Positions 19,622 through 28,742 are shown, counted from the first letter of the stretch. The stretch is 64,000 bases of DNA from Alphaproteobacteria bacterium (GCA_030431375.1 JAUIIY010000001.1:183280-247279); one strand, 5' to 3'. Notes: generated by a model from the sequence alone, not told the origin. Numbers and translations are program-made.

Positions 19622-21914
19622 CGCAGGTTCGGAGGTGTATAGCCAACATCTAGCACACGAACTTGCAAACTTTCATGACGTTCAAGTTTTTACCAGGCAA
19701 GAGAATAGTTTTATAGAAGATTATCATCTTTCTACAGAATTAGACCATTTAGACCCCAGAATTCTTATAAATATAATTAATGTTCCTAGAGTAAAATATC
19801 GAGATCAGTATATACATGCACCAGTAGAGGAATATTTTCGGAATATACTTAATAAATTTAACCCACATATAGTGCATTTCGGACACCTTAACCATTTATC
19901 TATAAACCTCCCTAAAATCGCTAAAGAGCTAGGCGTATTAACATTCATGACTTTACATGATTATTGGCTCCTCTGCCCACGTGGACAATTCGTTCAAAGG
20001 AATTCTCAATCTCCCTGGGACTTTTGCAAAGGGCAGGTAAATATCAAATGTGCAAAACAGTGCTATAGTGGGTCGTTTTCAGGGGATTCTGCTACCGAAG
20101 AAAAAGAAACTAAATTCAGAGAAAAGTGGATTGAGAATAGAATGCTTAAAGCACGAGGTGTGACAAATTACATAGATCATTTTGTAGCCCCTTCCAAATA
20201 TTTAAAAGAAAAGTTTTGTAATAGCTATAAGAAAGAAATAAACAAAAAAATCTCATTTTTAGACTATGGATTTAATCTAACTTATTTGATGGATAGAAGA
20301 AGAAACTCTGAGAAAGAATTTGTTTTTGGATATATCGGCACCCATACTCCCCAAAAAGGTATACAATTTTTACTACAGGCTTTTGATCTACTCAAAACTA
20401 AAAAAAACATAAAACTTAGGATATGGGGTTATTCTAAAGAAGATACACCTGCGCTGGAACTCATCCAACATACTTTAAAACAAAAGAATAATGTAGAGTG
20501 GAAGGAGGGATATAAAAATGAAGATATTATCGATAAGGTATTCAATAATATCGACGTTTTAATAGTGCCTTCTATTTGGGAAGAAAATTCTCCTTTAGTT
20601 ATCCACGAAGCTCAGCAAGCACGTATTCCCGTAATTACCGCCGATATTGGTGGGATGAAAGAATATGTTAAACACATGTTTAATGGATTATTGTTTAAGT
20701 TCAGAGACACAGCCGACTTATCACAAAAAATGCAAATGTTAGTTGATGATCCAACTCTTGCTATAAATCTGGGGGAAAAAGGATACTTATATAGTGTGAA
20801 CGGTAATATACCTGATATCCGAACTCATGCCAAAAAAATAGAAAAACTCTATCTAGAAACTGCTAAAAAACTTAAGAAGCTAATTCCTACTAAACCAGGA
20901 CCTTGGCGAATTACATTCGATACAAACCCTGATCATTGTAACTATAATTGTATTATGTGTGAATGCTTCTCACCATATAGTAAAACAAAAGAAGAAAGAG
21001 TAAAAGCTGGTATAAAAAAAAGGGTGATGGATATATCGGCAATCGAGAAAATACTTAGAGAATCGATCGGATCTCCATTGGAAGAAATTATTCCCTCCAC
21101 TATGGGAGAACCTCTTCTATATAAAAATTTCGAAAGAATAATTGAGCTATGTCACGCTTATAACTTAAAATTAAATCTAACAACAAATGGTTCTTTCCCG
21201 ATAAAAGGGGCTAAGAAATGGTCTGAGCTTCTTATTCCTGTTTGCTCGGATATTAAAATTTCAATCAACGGAGCATCCGAAGCTATTAACCAAAAAATAA
21301 TGGTAGGGTCGAAATGGAATGATATGCTATCTAACATTAAGACGCTGTTATCATATAGAGATAATTATCCTAAGCATAAAAATAGGTGCCGTGTTACTTT
21401 TCAAGTTACTTTTTTGGAAACTAATTCTAACGAGCTCATTAATATATTGAAATTAGCAATCTCTCTAGGGGTAGATAGAGTAAAGGGTCATCATTTATGG
21501 GCTCATTTCAAAGAGATAGAAAACTTATCGATGCGACGAAATAGCGAAGTTATTAATAAGTGGAATAAAATAGTAAGTAAACTCCACAAAGTTGCTGAAC
21601 AAAATCTTTTGCCAAACGGTAAAAAAATCAAATTGGAAAATTTTCATCCCTTGGATGAGAATGCCATCTCGGATATAGCTAAAGGTGGGGCTTGCCCTTT
21701 TTTAGGAAGAGAGGCATGGATTAGCGCTGAAGGAATTTTTAGCCCTTGTTGTGCACCAGATAAGTTAAGAAAATCACTAGGTGATTTTGGCTATATCAAC
21801 TCACAGACCATCCAAGATATATGGATGAGTGATAAATACAGACAACTCAGAAAAAACTTTAACCACCACAAGTTGTGCATATCGTGCAACATGAGAAAAC
21901 CATTATCGAGTTAA
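19566..21914 (+). CDS. Fusion protein: GT-B (GT4-like) glycosyltransferase + radical SAM/SPASM domain
   Basis: 782 aa. The N-terminal half has EENSPLVIHEAQQARIPVITADIGGMKEYV. CNYNCIMC (CX3CX2C) lies at nt 20937-20960, and the Cys-rich C-terminus reads CPF..SPCCAP..CISCN. The likely start is MRILKV at 19578. Confidence 0.8.
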   Translation: MYLRMRILKVIHGYPPRYSAGSEVYSQHLAHELANFHDVQVFTRQENSFIEDYHLSTELDHLDPRILINIINVPRVKYRDQYIHAPVEEYFRNILNKFNPHIVHFGHLNHLSINLPKIAKELGVLTFMTLHDYWLLCPRGQFVQRNSQSPWDFCKGQVNIKCAKQCYSGSFSGDSATEEKETKFREKWIENRMLKARGVTNYIDHFVAPSKYLKEKFCNSYKKEINKKISFLDYGFNLTYLMDRRRNSEKEFVFGYIGTHTPQKGIQFLLQAFDLLKTKKNIKLRIWGYSKEDTPALELIQHTLKQKNNVEWKEGYKNEDIIDKVFNNIDVLIVPSIWEENSPLVIHEAQQARIPVITADIGGMKEYVKHMFNGLLFKFRDTADLSQKMQMLVDDPTLAINLGEKGYLYSVNGNIPDIRTHAKKIEKLYLETAKKLKKLIPTKPGPWRITFDTNPDHCNYNCIMCECFSPYSKTKEERVKAGIKKRVMDISAIEKILRESIGSPLEEIIPSTMGEPLLYKNFERIIELCHAYNLKLNLTTNGSFPIKGAKKWSELLIPVCSDIKISINGASEAINQKIMVGSKWNDMLSNIKTLLSYRDNYPKHKNRCRVTFQVTFLETNSNELINILKLAISLGVDRVKGHHLWAHFKEIENLSMRRNSEVINKWNKIVSKLHKVAEQNLLPNGKKIKLENFHPLDENAISDIAKGGACPFLGREAWISAEGIFSPCCAPDKLRKSLGDFGYINSQTIQDIWMSDKYRQLRKNFNHHKLCISCNMRKPLSS

Positions 21915-21917
21915 AGA

Positions 21918-23504
21918 ATGAATAATTATACTAGTATATCGAATATCTATATATCCTCTGATTCATCACATCATATTGTTAGGAACAAGCCTTTATATAA
22001 ACAAAGATATAAATTTGTAGGTAAATTCCATGAACCAGGTTTAGCACCTGTTTGGGATGATTCAGGCTGGTTTCATATTAACACAAAAGGACTACCTGTA
22101 TACTCAAAAAGATACGATAAAGCTTTTGGCTTTTATTGTGGAGTAGCGACAGTCATAAAGGACAAAAAATGGGTGCATATAAATGAATATGGTGAAAAAA
22201 TTCACAACAAAAATTTTGATTGGTCTGGAAATTTCCAAGAAAATTTGTGTGTGGTCAAATCATGTGAAGGTTATCTTCATATAAAAAAGAACGGAGACAA
22301 CCTGTACGATATGATCTACGATTATGTAGGGGATTTCAAAGATGGAATTGCTGTAATATATAAGTCCAATAAATCATCACACATCAATAAAACTGGTAAA
22401 TTAACTCACAACAATTGGTTTAAACAGGTCGGTGTCTATCACAAAGGGTATGCAACTGCCGAAGATGATGAAGGGTGGTTCCACATTGACCTAGAAGGTA
22501 ATGAATTATACCCAACCAGATATAGATTTGTTGAACCATTTTATAATGATTATGCAAGAGTAGAAACTTTTAGTGGAAAATTCCTTCAAGTTGACATTAA
22601 CGGCAATATATTTAATCAACTAGGAGACGATTCGGAAAGATTCTATAAAACTTCTATATCAGGAGACTTAGTGGGCTTCTGGAAAACTCAAATAATATAT
22701 GCAGCTGTATCTCTTAATATTTTCAGTAATCTACCGACTTCGGTGGAAAAGTTATCTCATGCCTTAGGAATACCTGAAAATAATTTAATACGATTATTAA
22801 GAGCTTTAGAAGAACTAAAACTTCTGAACAGAGAGAATACAATATTTTCTCTAAGTGAAAAAGGAGATATATTTAAAAAATACCCGTATTTACAAGACGC
22901 AGCAATCATGTGGGGTAGAGTTGCTAGTCAGCATTGGGAAAAACTTCCTGAACTGTTGACACAAAAAGAAATTGATAGTCACCTCTCATTTAAAGATACA
23001 GAACCAAATCAAATTCTTGGAAAATGTTATCAAGACGCATTAGACGGTTATTTAAAGGATGATCTCGCATCATTAACAAATATAGTAGGAAATACCAATA
23101 AAAATATTATATGTATTGGTAAATCCTCAGAGCTATTGATCAAATCCCTAAAAAAAACTGCGCCAAATACAAGGTTCTTTTCAGATTTGAATAATGCAAA
23201 GAATTCAGCCTTGTGTGTCTTCCTAAAACACCTTCTGCATTTCGATGATAAGAACGTTAGCAAGCTCCTCCTAAAAGTTAAGAATTTAAACATCAAAAAC
23301 ATTATAATTATCGAACCATTGATTTCCCACGAAAGCTCAGCTGGAGGGATGTTAGATATTAATATGCTAATAGAGAGCGGTGGAAAGCTTAGGACAGAGA
23401 AAGATTATAAAGCACTACTAGATTCAAAAAATTATCTCATACAGTCAGTGAAAGATATCACTCCCTACCTACAAGTAATTTTCGCCATACAAAACAATGA
23501 ATGA
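21918..23504 (+). CDS. Fusion protein: WG-repeat (KWG-like) beta-repeat domain + O-methyltransferase-like domain with degenerate SAM motif
   Basis: 528 aa. About 5 repeats of the type GLAPVWDDSGWFHINTKG / GYATAEDDEGWFHIDLEG, then a wHTH dimerisation-like segment (KLSHALGIPENNLIRLLRALEELKLL), then an OMT-like core with IICIGKSS in place of DVGGGxG. Confidence 0.65.
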   Translation: MNNYTSISNIYISSDSSHHIVRNKPLYKQRYKFVGKFHEPGLAPVWDDSGWFHINTKGLPVYSKRYDKAFGFYCGVATVIKDKKWVHINEYGEKIHNKNFDWSGNFQENLCVVKSCEGYLHIKKNGDNLYDMIYDYVGDFKDGIAVIYKSNKSSHINKTGKLTHNNWFKQVGVYHKGYATAEDDEGWFHIDLEGNELYPTRYRFVEPFYNDYARVETFSGKFLQVDINGNIFNQLGDDSERFYKTSISGDLVGFWKTQIIYAAVSLNIFSNLPTSVEKLSHALGIPENNLIRLLRALEELKLLNRENTIFSLSEKGDIFKKYPYLQDAAIMWGRVASQHWEKLPELLTQKEIDSHLSFKDTEPNQILGKCYQDALDGYLKDDLASLTNIVGNTNKNIICIGKSSELLIKSLKKTAPNTRFFSDLNNAKNSALCVFLKHLLHFDDKNVSKLLLKVKNLNIKNIIIIEPLISHESSAGGMLDINMLIESGGKLRTEKDYKALLDSKNYLIQSVKDITPYLQVIFAIQNNE

Positions 23505-24486
23505 GATGCAGCAGTTTAAAGAACAAGGATTTACTGTATTTCGGAACTTAATTGACGAATCACATGTTGATAGCCTCAAGAGTGAAGTGATTAAAAAGAT
23601 TTACGTTTATGCTGATAAGTTGGAGGTCAACTTCTCGAAATATACTTTTTGTACAGGTAGATGGTTGCTAAATGATAACTCTATAGGACCTATTGAAGCT
23701 ATAGAAAAGAAACTTTCTGACATAATTGCAAACGAATTAGGAACGCAGATAAGCATAAAAAAGAGAAATATCACTTGTAAAAACAAGTTTATCACTAATG
23801 AAGTACCTCTACACCAAGACATCTCATATTCACCGTCAGATCCATATGATTTTACTACTTGGATTGCTTTGAATGATGTACCATTGGGCTCAGGAGAATT
23901 AATATTCGTGCCAACAAGTCAAAATTTTAATATAGAACCAGCGATAGATTTTTGGAGTCCGGATTTTCATGATAAAAATAAAGATAAATTCAAAAATAGC
24001 ATAGTTAATATCCATTTGCGAAAAGGAGACGTAGTAATGTTTGATTCGAGATTATGGCATGGAAGTAACAAAAATCTTAATCAGCAAGATAGATATGCAT
24101 ATGTGGTTAGATGGAAATATGAAGATACAAGAACACCTGATCTTGTAATACCTAACCCTATTCCTTCTGAGTTCGGAATGTGGACTTGTTATACGGAAAC
24201 AAAAAAAATTCTTTCTCAAATTCAAAACAAAGCTTCTACAGATCTAAATAACTTGATAACTGGAGCAATATCACATTTAGACACGACGAAAAACATGCAG
24301 TTCGATAAAACAAAAGCAATTATTGACCTCAAAAACCTTGCAGTTCTTCACAACGCTGCCAATACCCAAAATGCAGGAGATTTATGTGGCATCATATATA
24401 AAAACCTTTGGTATTCTCTCCTAAGGTGGGTCTGTTCAGATAAATGTAATGGGATGGACTCCTCGGATATTCAGAGTAAGATCTGA
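23497..24486 (+). CDS. Phytanoyl-CoA dioxygenase (PhyH)-family Fe(II)/2-oxoglutarate oxygenase
   Basis: 329 aa; PLHQDISY (HxD), WIALNDV, GDVVMFDSRLWHGSNKN (distal His). The start overlaps the upstream stop (ATGAATGA). Confidence 0.8.
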   Translation: MNEMQQFKEQGFTVFRNLIDESHVDSLKSEVIKKIYVYADKLEVNFSKYTFCTGRWLLNDNSIGPIEAIEKKLSDIIANELGTQISIKKRNITCKNKFITNEVPLHQDISYSPSDPYDFTTWIALNDVPLGSGELIFVPTSQNFNIEPAIDFWSPDFHDKNKDKFKNSIVNIHLRKGDVVMFDSRLWHGSNKNLNQQDRYAYVVRWKYEDTRTPDLVIPNPIPSEFGMWTCYTETKKILSQIQNKASTDLNNLITGAISHLDTTKNMQFDKTKAIIDLKNLAVLHNAANTQNAGDLCGIIYKNLWYSLLRWVCSDKCNGMDSSDIQSKI

Positions 24487-24938
24487 GGAGTCCATCCCAT
24501 TACAGTTTTCAGAATAGTCCCATATTTCCAAATATCAAACTGTCCTTTCTTAAACATCCTCATTACCTCAAATCCCTTAATTGTAGCAGATGCTGTCCTA
24601 AAGCCCTTGAATCCTAATGTTGGTTTGATTAAACATTTTAGTTTCCAATGATCAGATTCTATTATGTTATTCAAATATTTTGATCTTTCGATGTTGCAAG
24701 CTGTTAGGGCAATCTCCAGATGTTTTGAGATCGGCCATCGCTCTGCATAAGTATGATTCTGATCTGTATTGATTGTTGCTGGTTGAGAATATCTGGATAG
24801 TTATTTTAGAGCTTTCTTCAAGAATTTCTTAGCTGATTGACCGTTACAGTATTTAGATAAATAGAAATCTATTGTATCTCCGTGTTTATCTACCGCTCTA
24901 TATAAATAAACCCATTTACCTTTTACTTCTATAAAGTG
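24471..24938 (-). pseudogene. IS6-family transposase remnant (N-terminally truncated, one in-frame stop)
   Basis: Manual single-frame translation: HFIEVKGKWVYLYRAVDKHGDTIDFYLSKYCNGQSAKKFLKKALK*LSRYSQPATINTDQNHTYAE...NNIIESDHWKLK...FKKGQFDIW. The stop is at 24801-24803. The DDE N-terminal part is missing. Confidence 0.75.
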
Positions 24939-24967
24939 TCAGTAACTATTTCTAAATCATTAGAAAC

Positions 24968-26335
24968 TCATTGTTCACATTCGTTCAAAGAGGCTCCATC
25001 TTCACCTATACAAAACATATCAATCTTAGTGTCATTGCAATCTGGTATACCTGATGAAAATTTAACTTGAGATATTACAGGGCTGACGTGTGCATTCCAG
25101 TATGTAATTAGCGGGCTTAAGAGCTCTATGGCAGCAGGTGAGATGTCTTTGGTATGTAGCTCGGCAAGACGAGCTATTACTTCAGCTTCAGCATTCATAT
25201 CGGGATAAAAATATGCCTCAATTAACCTATCTAGAACCAATAATAATGAGTTATCTAACTTCATATTGGCTGCTAAAGTGAAGTAATATTTTTCTAGATA
25301 TGCTTTTTTACCCAAGAAGTTATTTTCTTGTATTTGAATGTCTTCTGGAGGAGGAAATAGTTTAAGGCAATCAGCAATAAAACCATGGTCATGTTGTCTT
25401 GAAGGGTAAAGATATAAGGGTAAGTATGATTTAATGGTTAGGCACCCCATAGTCTTTTGGTTATCCGCTGTTTGGTCCAATTGACAATCTAATATTAGTT
25501 GAGAAGTTAAGCTAGGGGAATGAGTCTTGACCACTACTTGCAACAATATGTCTTGGAATATCCTAGTGTAATCCAGCTCTGCTTTCCTATTTGTGGATGA
25601 ATAGGGCTTTGCATCATTATGAAAGAGAAATGACTGTACATAATGTCCTATTTCATGGATAAATTGTCCTTCTTCAAAATTATTATATGCATATAAGGGC
25701 ATATATATAGCTTGCTGTCCTCCAACAACTTTATGCACAGCTTCACGTTGGGCATGCTCAACATGTGGCAATATAATTTTAGTATTTTGATGAGTTAACA
25801 AGGCTAGAGATGTAGCTTCTAAGGTTTCAGTGATAACGTTATTGCTTGTTGATCCAAAAGATCTATATATTCCAAATGTTTTATCTTTCTGAGTGCTGGG
25901 GTATATATATGTATAACTGCCAAGTATAGCGGTGCTGTTAAGACATAGAGGCTTTGTGGCTAACATTGGGCCAGCAGCAAGTGCTTTTATTATAGCATAT
26001 CCCTGTTCAGCTGCTGTTGCTGATATTATATTGCTTAATTCTCCCAAGTGAGAAACATATTTAGAAATATTACCTTGTTGTGGGTGAGAAAAAGTTAAAT
26101 CTGATGCAGAGAATGTGGTGCCATAAAGTACTAGATTTTTAGCAATACTCAAAGCATCTCCTTGATAAGCAAGAGCCAGCAGATTAGTCTGAAATTCAGA
26201 AAAATGCGGATCAGCTGTTTTTGTGTTGAAAATATAATTTGCTGTTTGATCAGCTCCAAGTGTAATCGCATAATACACCGCTGCAGTCAGAGGCAAATTA
26301 TCCAATTGGGTCTTTAGATCTTTGTTAAATACCAT
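24968..26335 (-). CDS. Hypothetical protein with HExxH motif (possible zinc metallopeptidase-like effector)
   Basis: 455-aa uninterrupted ORF. HEIGH lies at residues 227-231 (nt 25643-25657), with a Glu about 22 aa downstream. No signal peptide or TM seen and no family recognised. Confidence 0.55.
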   Translation of the reverse strand: MVFNKDLKTQLDNLPLTAAVYYAITLGADQTANYIFNTKTADPHFSEFQTNLLALAYQGDALSIAKNLVLYGTTFSASDLTFSHPQQGNISKYVSHLGELSNIISATAAEQGYAIIKALAAGPMLATKPLCLNSTAILGSYTYIYPSTQKDKTFGIYRSFGSTSNNVITETLEATSLALLTHQNTKIILPHVEHAQREAVHKVVGGQQAIYMPLYAYNNFEEGQFIHEIGHYVQSFLFHNDAKPYSSTNRKAELDYTRIFQDILLQVVVKTHSPSLTSQLILDCQLDQTADNQKTMGCLTIKSYLPLYLYPSRQHDHGFIADCLKLFPPPEDIQIQENNFLGKKAYLEKYYFTLAANMKLDNSLLLVLDRLIEAYFYPDMNAEAEVIARLAELHTKDISPAAIELLSPLITYWNAHVSPVISQVKFSSGIPDCNDTKIDMFCIGEDGASLNECEQ

Positions 26336-26340
26336 TGATT

Positions 26341-26607
26341 TTATTCTGCATCATAGGAAAAAAATTCTTTACTAAAATCACCAAGTAGTTGATCAAGATT
26401 TTTACCATGTAAAGGATGCTCATTTGGTGATATCTGTTCTATTTGTTTGCGGCCATCATTTGTCATAGTTGTTTGATTCCCCAACCCTTTAACAGCATTA
26501 TGGATGACAAGCTCTGAGTATTGAATGCTGGAATGAGATGACCTGATTCCAGCTGCATCCATTTGTAGTTGTTCTAAAAGATCTTTTTCTGTGATTGGTT
26601 CTGCCAT
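26341..26607 (-). CDS. Hypothetical small protein (88 aa), upstream partner of the HExxH protein
   Basis: The ORF ends 5 nt before the 455-aa ORF start on the same strand. Acidic/polar composition; no family recognised. Confidence 0.45.
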   Translation of the reverse strand: MAEPITEKDLLEQLQMDAAGIRSSHSSIQYSELVIHNAVKGLGNQTTMTNDGRKQIEQISPNEHPLHGKNLDQLLGDFSKEFFSYDAE

Positions 26608-26909
26608 AATTTCCTCATTAGTAGTTTAAGTAAACTATATAACGAAAGTTAAATTTTATCAACCTTAGTTTCTGGGATTGTAGAAATTCAATAGAAATGA
26701 TACCGTCTTGAGAGTCAACAGGTGTTTTTTATCATTTTAATATTTGGATTAAAAGCTGTCTTATACGTAAATACAAGTGAATATTTAGTAAATTTAACTT
26801 GAATAAGTTCAGATAGAAGTGAGACGAATTATATAAAAAAAATATGGCATAAAAAGAGAAAGGCCGCCAAGATAAATTTGTTTTAATAACTTAACCATGG
26901 GGCCTTACC

Positions 26910-27642
26910 ATGCAAATATTTGGATTGCACAAGAACATATATAAAATAGCCAATTATAGTTTACAACAAGAAATCACAGATGAATCGATAGCATTACGCC
27001 AGAAGCTGTTTAGTGATTGGGAATTACTAAAGTCGCGAGGAGTGTCAATAACGGAGATATCCAGGGTCACCGGGATAAGCAGAGCAACATATTATCGTCG
27101 GAAGAAGTTAGTTCAGCTATACGGATTGAAAGGGTTTCTAAGCAGGTCAAAGAGGCCACATAATGTAAGACAGAGTAAGATATCCAAATTAGTAATAGAT
27201 TTGGTTTTAAAGCTGCGTATTGGGAATCCCACATATGGTAAATCTAAGCTAGCAGTAATATTAAAAAAAGATCATGCAGTATCTATATCAGAGAGCAGTG
27301 TTGGTAGGATATTAAGCAGTTTAATAAAAGCTGGTAAAATAAGCAAATATACTAGATCCCGTTATAGCAAGAAGAGGCGTAAGTTCAAGTCTCATGCGCA
27401 GAAATGGCAATATGGCATGAGAGCTACATCTCCAGGAGAATTAGTGCAAATAGATCATATGAGTGTGACTAAGAATATATTCTCTTTTAAGCATTTTCAA
27501 GCATGGGATCCAATAACTAAAGTAATAATAGCGGATATTAGCTCTAATGCTAAAAGCCTAACGGCAGCAAAATTTTTAAGGAAGCTGATTAAAGAGCTGC
27601 CATTTAAGTTAAAATCAATTCAGGTTGATGGGGGCAGCGAGT
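26910..27642 (+). pseudogene. IS481-family transposase, disrupted by IS3-family insertion
   Basis: HTH (ISRVTGISRATYYRRKK), an rve-type core with VQIDHM and IQVDGGSE. The frame is then broken where the IS3-type inverted repeat begins at 27643. Confidence 0.7.
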
Positions 27643-27717
27643 TGGTCTTCTCCCGAAAAAAAGGACAGGATAAAGTGAGAAAAATCTCTAAAATAACAAT
27701 AAAAAAGAGGTTTTAAG

Positions 27718-27984
27718 ATGAAGAAGACAAAATTCACAGAAGAGCAGATATCCCTGGCATTACACAAAGTAGATACTGGCCTGCCAGCAGAAGAAGTATG
27801 TCGAAAGCTGGGCATAGGTTACTCAACTTTTTATAGATGGAGACAAAAATATGGTGGATTACTTCCATCAGAAGTTAGAAAACCGAAACAATTAGAAGAT
27901 GAGAATAAGCAGCTCAAGAAGCTAGTTGCAGATTTGAGTTTGGATAAAATGATGTTGCAGGATGTATTGGGAAAAAAGGCTTGA
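27718..27984 (+). CDS. IS3-family transposase OrfA (HTH)
   Basis: 88 aa; MKKTKFTEEQISLALHKVDTGLPAEEVCRKLGIGYSTFYRWRQKYGG plus a leucine-zipper-like tail, the typical IS407-group OrfA. Confidence 0.8.
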   Translation: MKKTKFTEEQISLALHKVDTGLPAEEVCRKLGIGYSTFYRWRQKYGGLLPSEVRKPKQLEDENKQLKKLVADLSLDKMMLQDVLGKKA

Positions 27985-28660
27985 TTCAAACGATGCAGAT
28001 GAAATATATGGCTAGTATAAAAAGAATATGTACAGCATTTAAATTTGTCAGATCCAGCTTTTATTATAAGAAAGTATTCAATCAGCAGACTATCCTCATA
28101 AGGCAGCGAATTAAAGATATAGCCAATAGTAGGTTTAGATATGGTTACAGAAGGATACATACGATGTTAAATAGAGAAGGTTTTAAAGTTAATTTAAAGA
28201 AAGTGCACCGAATTTATAGGGAAGAGAACCTTCAGTTGAAGTAAAAGGTTCCTAAAAGAAGAATACAAGCCAAAAGCAGACAAGAACCTACAGCCATCCA
28301 TTCTAAGAATGATTGTTGGAGTATGGATTTTGTTAGTGACAATTTATTTACAGGAGGAAAATTAAAGATATTAACCATAGTAGATGCTCATACAAGGGAA
28401 AGCCCCTTAACTGGAGTAGGATTTAAATATACAGGGTATGATGTTACTACCAGCCTAGATGAAGCAATATCTAGGCATGGTAAACCTACCGACAATGCAT
28501 TTATAGAAAGTTTTAACAGTAGATAGACAAGAATGTTTAAATCAGCATTGTTTCTTGAATTTGGGAGATGCTAGAGCTAAGATAGAGGAATGGCGAGAGG
28601 ACTACAACCAAAATAGGCCTCATAGCTCTTTAGGTTATCTAACTCCTAGTGAGTATGCCA
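27981..28660 (+). pseudogene. IS3-family transposase OrfB, fragmented
   Basis: Pieces in different frames: RYGYRRIHTMLNREGFKVNLKKVHRIYREENLQL; WSMDFVSD...ILTIVDAHTRE...GKPTDNAFIESFNSR (internal deletion, stop); ...RAKIEEWREDYNQNRPHSSLGYLTPSEYA. Confidence 0.75.
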
Positions 28661-28742
28661 TGTCGTGTACTGACCATTTGGTCAAAACATGAAAAAATTG
28701 AGATTTTCTCATTTAACCTGTCCAACTTCTGGGGGCTCTCCA

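Larger units (their letters stand above)
27643..28742 (+). mobile_element. IS3-family (IS407/IS2-like) insertion sequence, decayed (~1.1 kb)
   Basis: Left end TGGTCTTCTCCCGAAAAAAAGGACAGGATAAAGTGAGAAAAATCTC; reverse complement of right end TGGAGAGCCCCCAGAAGTTGGACAGGTTAAATGAGAAAATCTC. orfA and a broken orfB lie inside. Confidence 0.75.
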
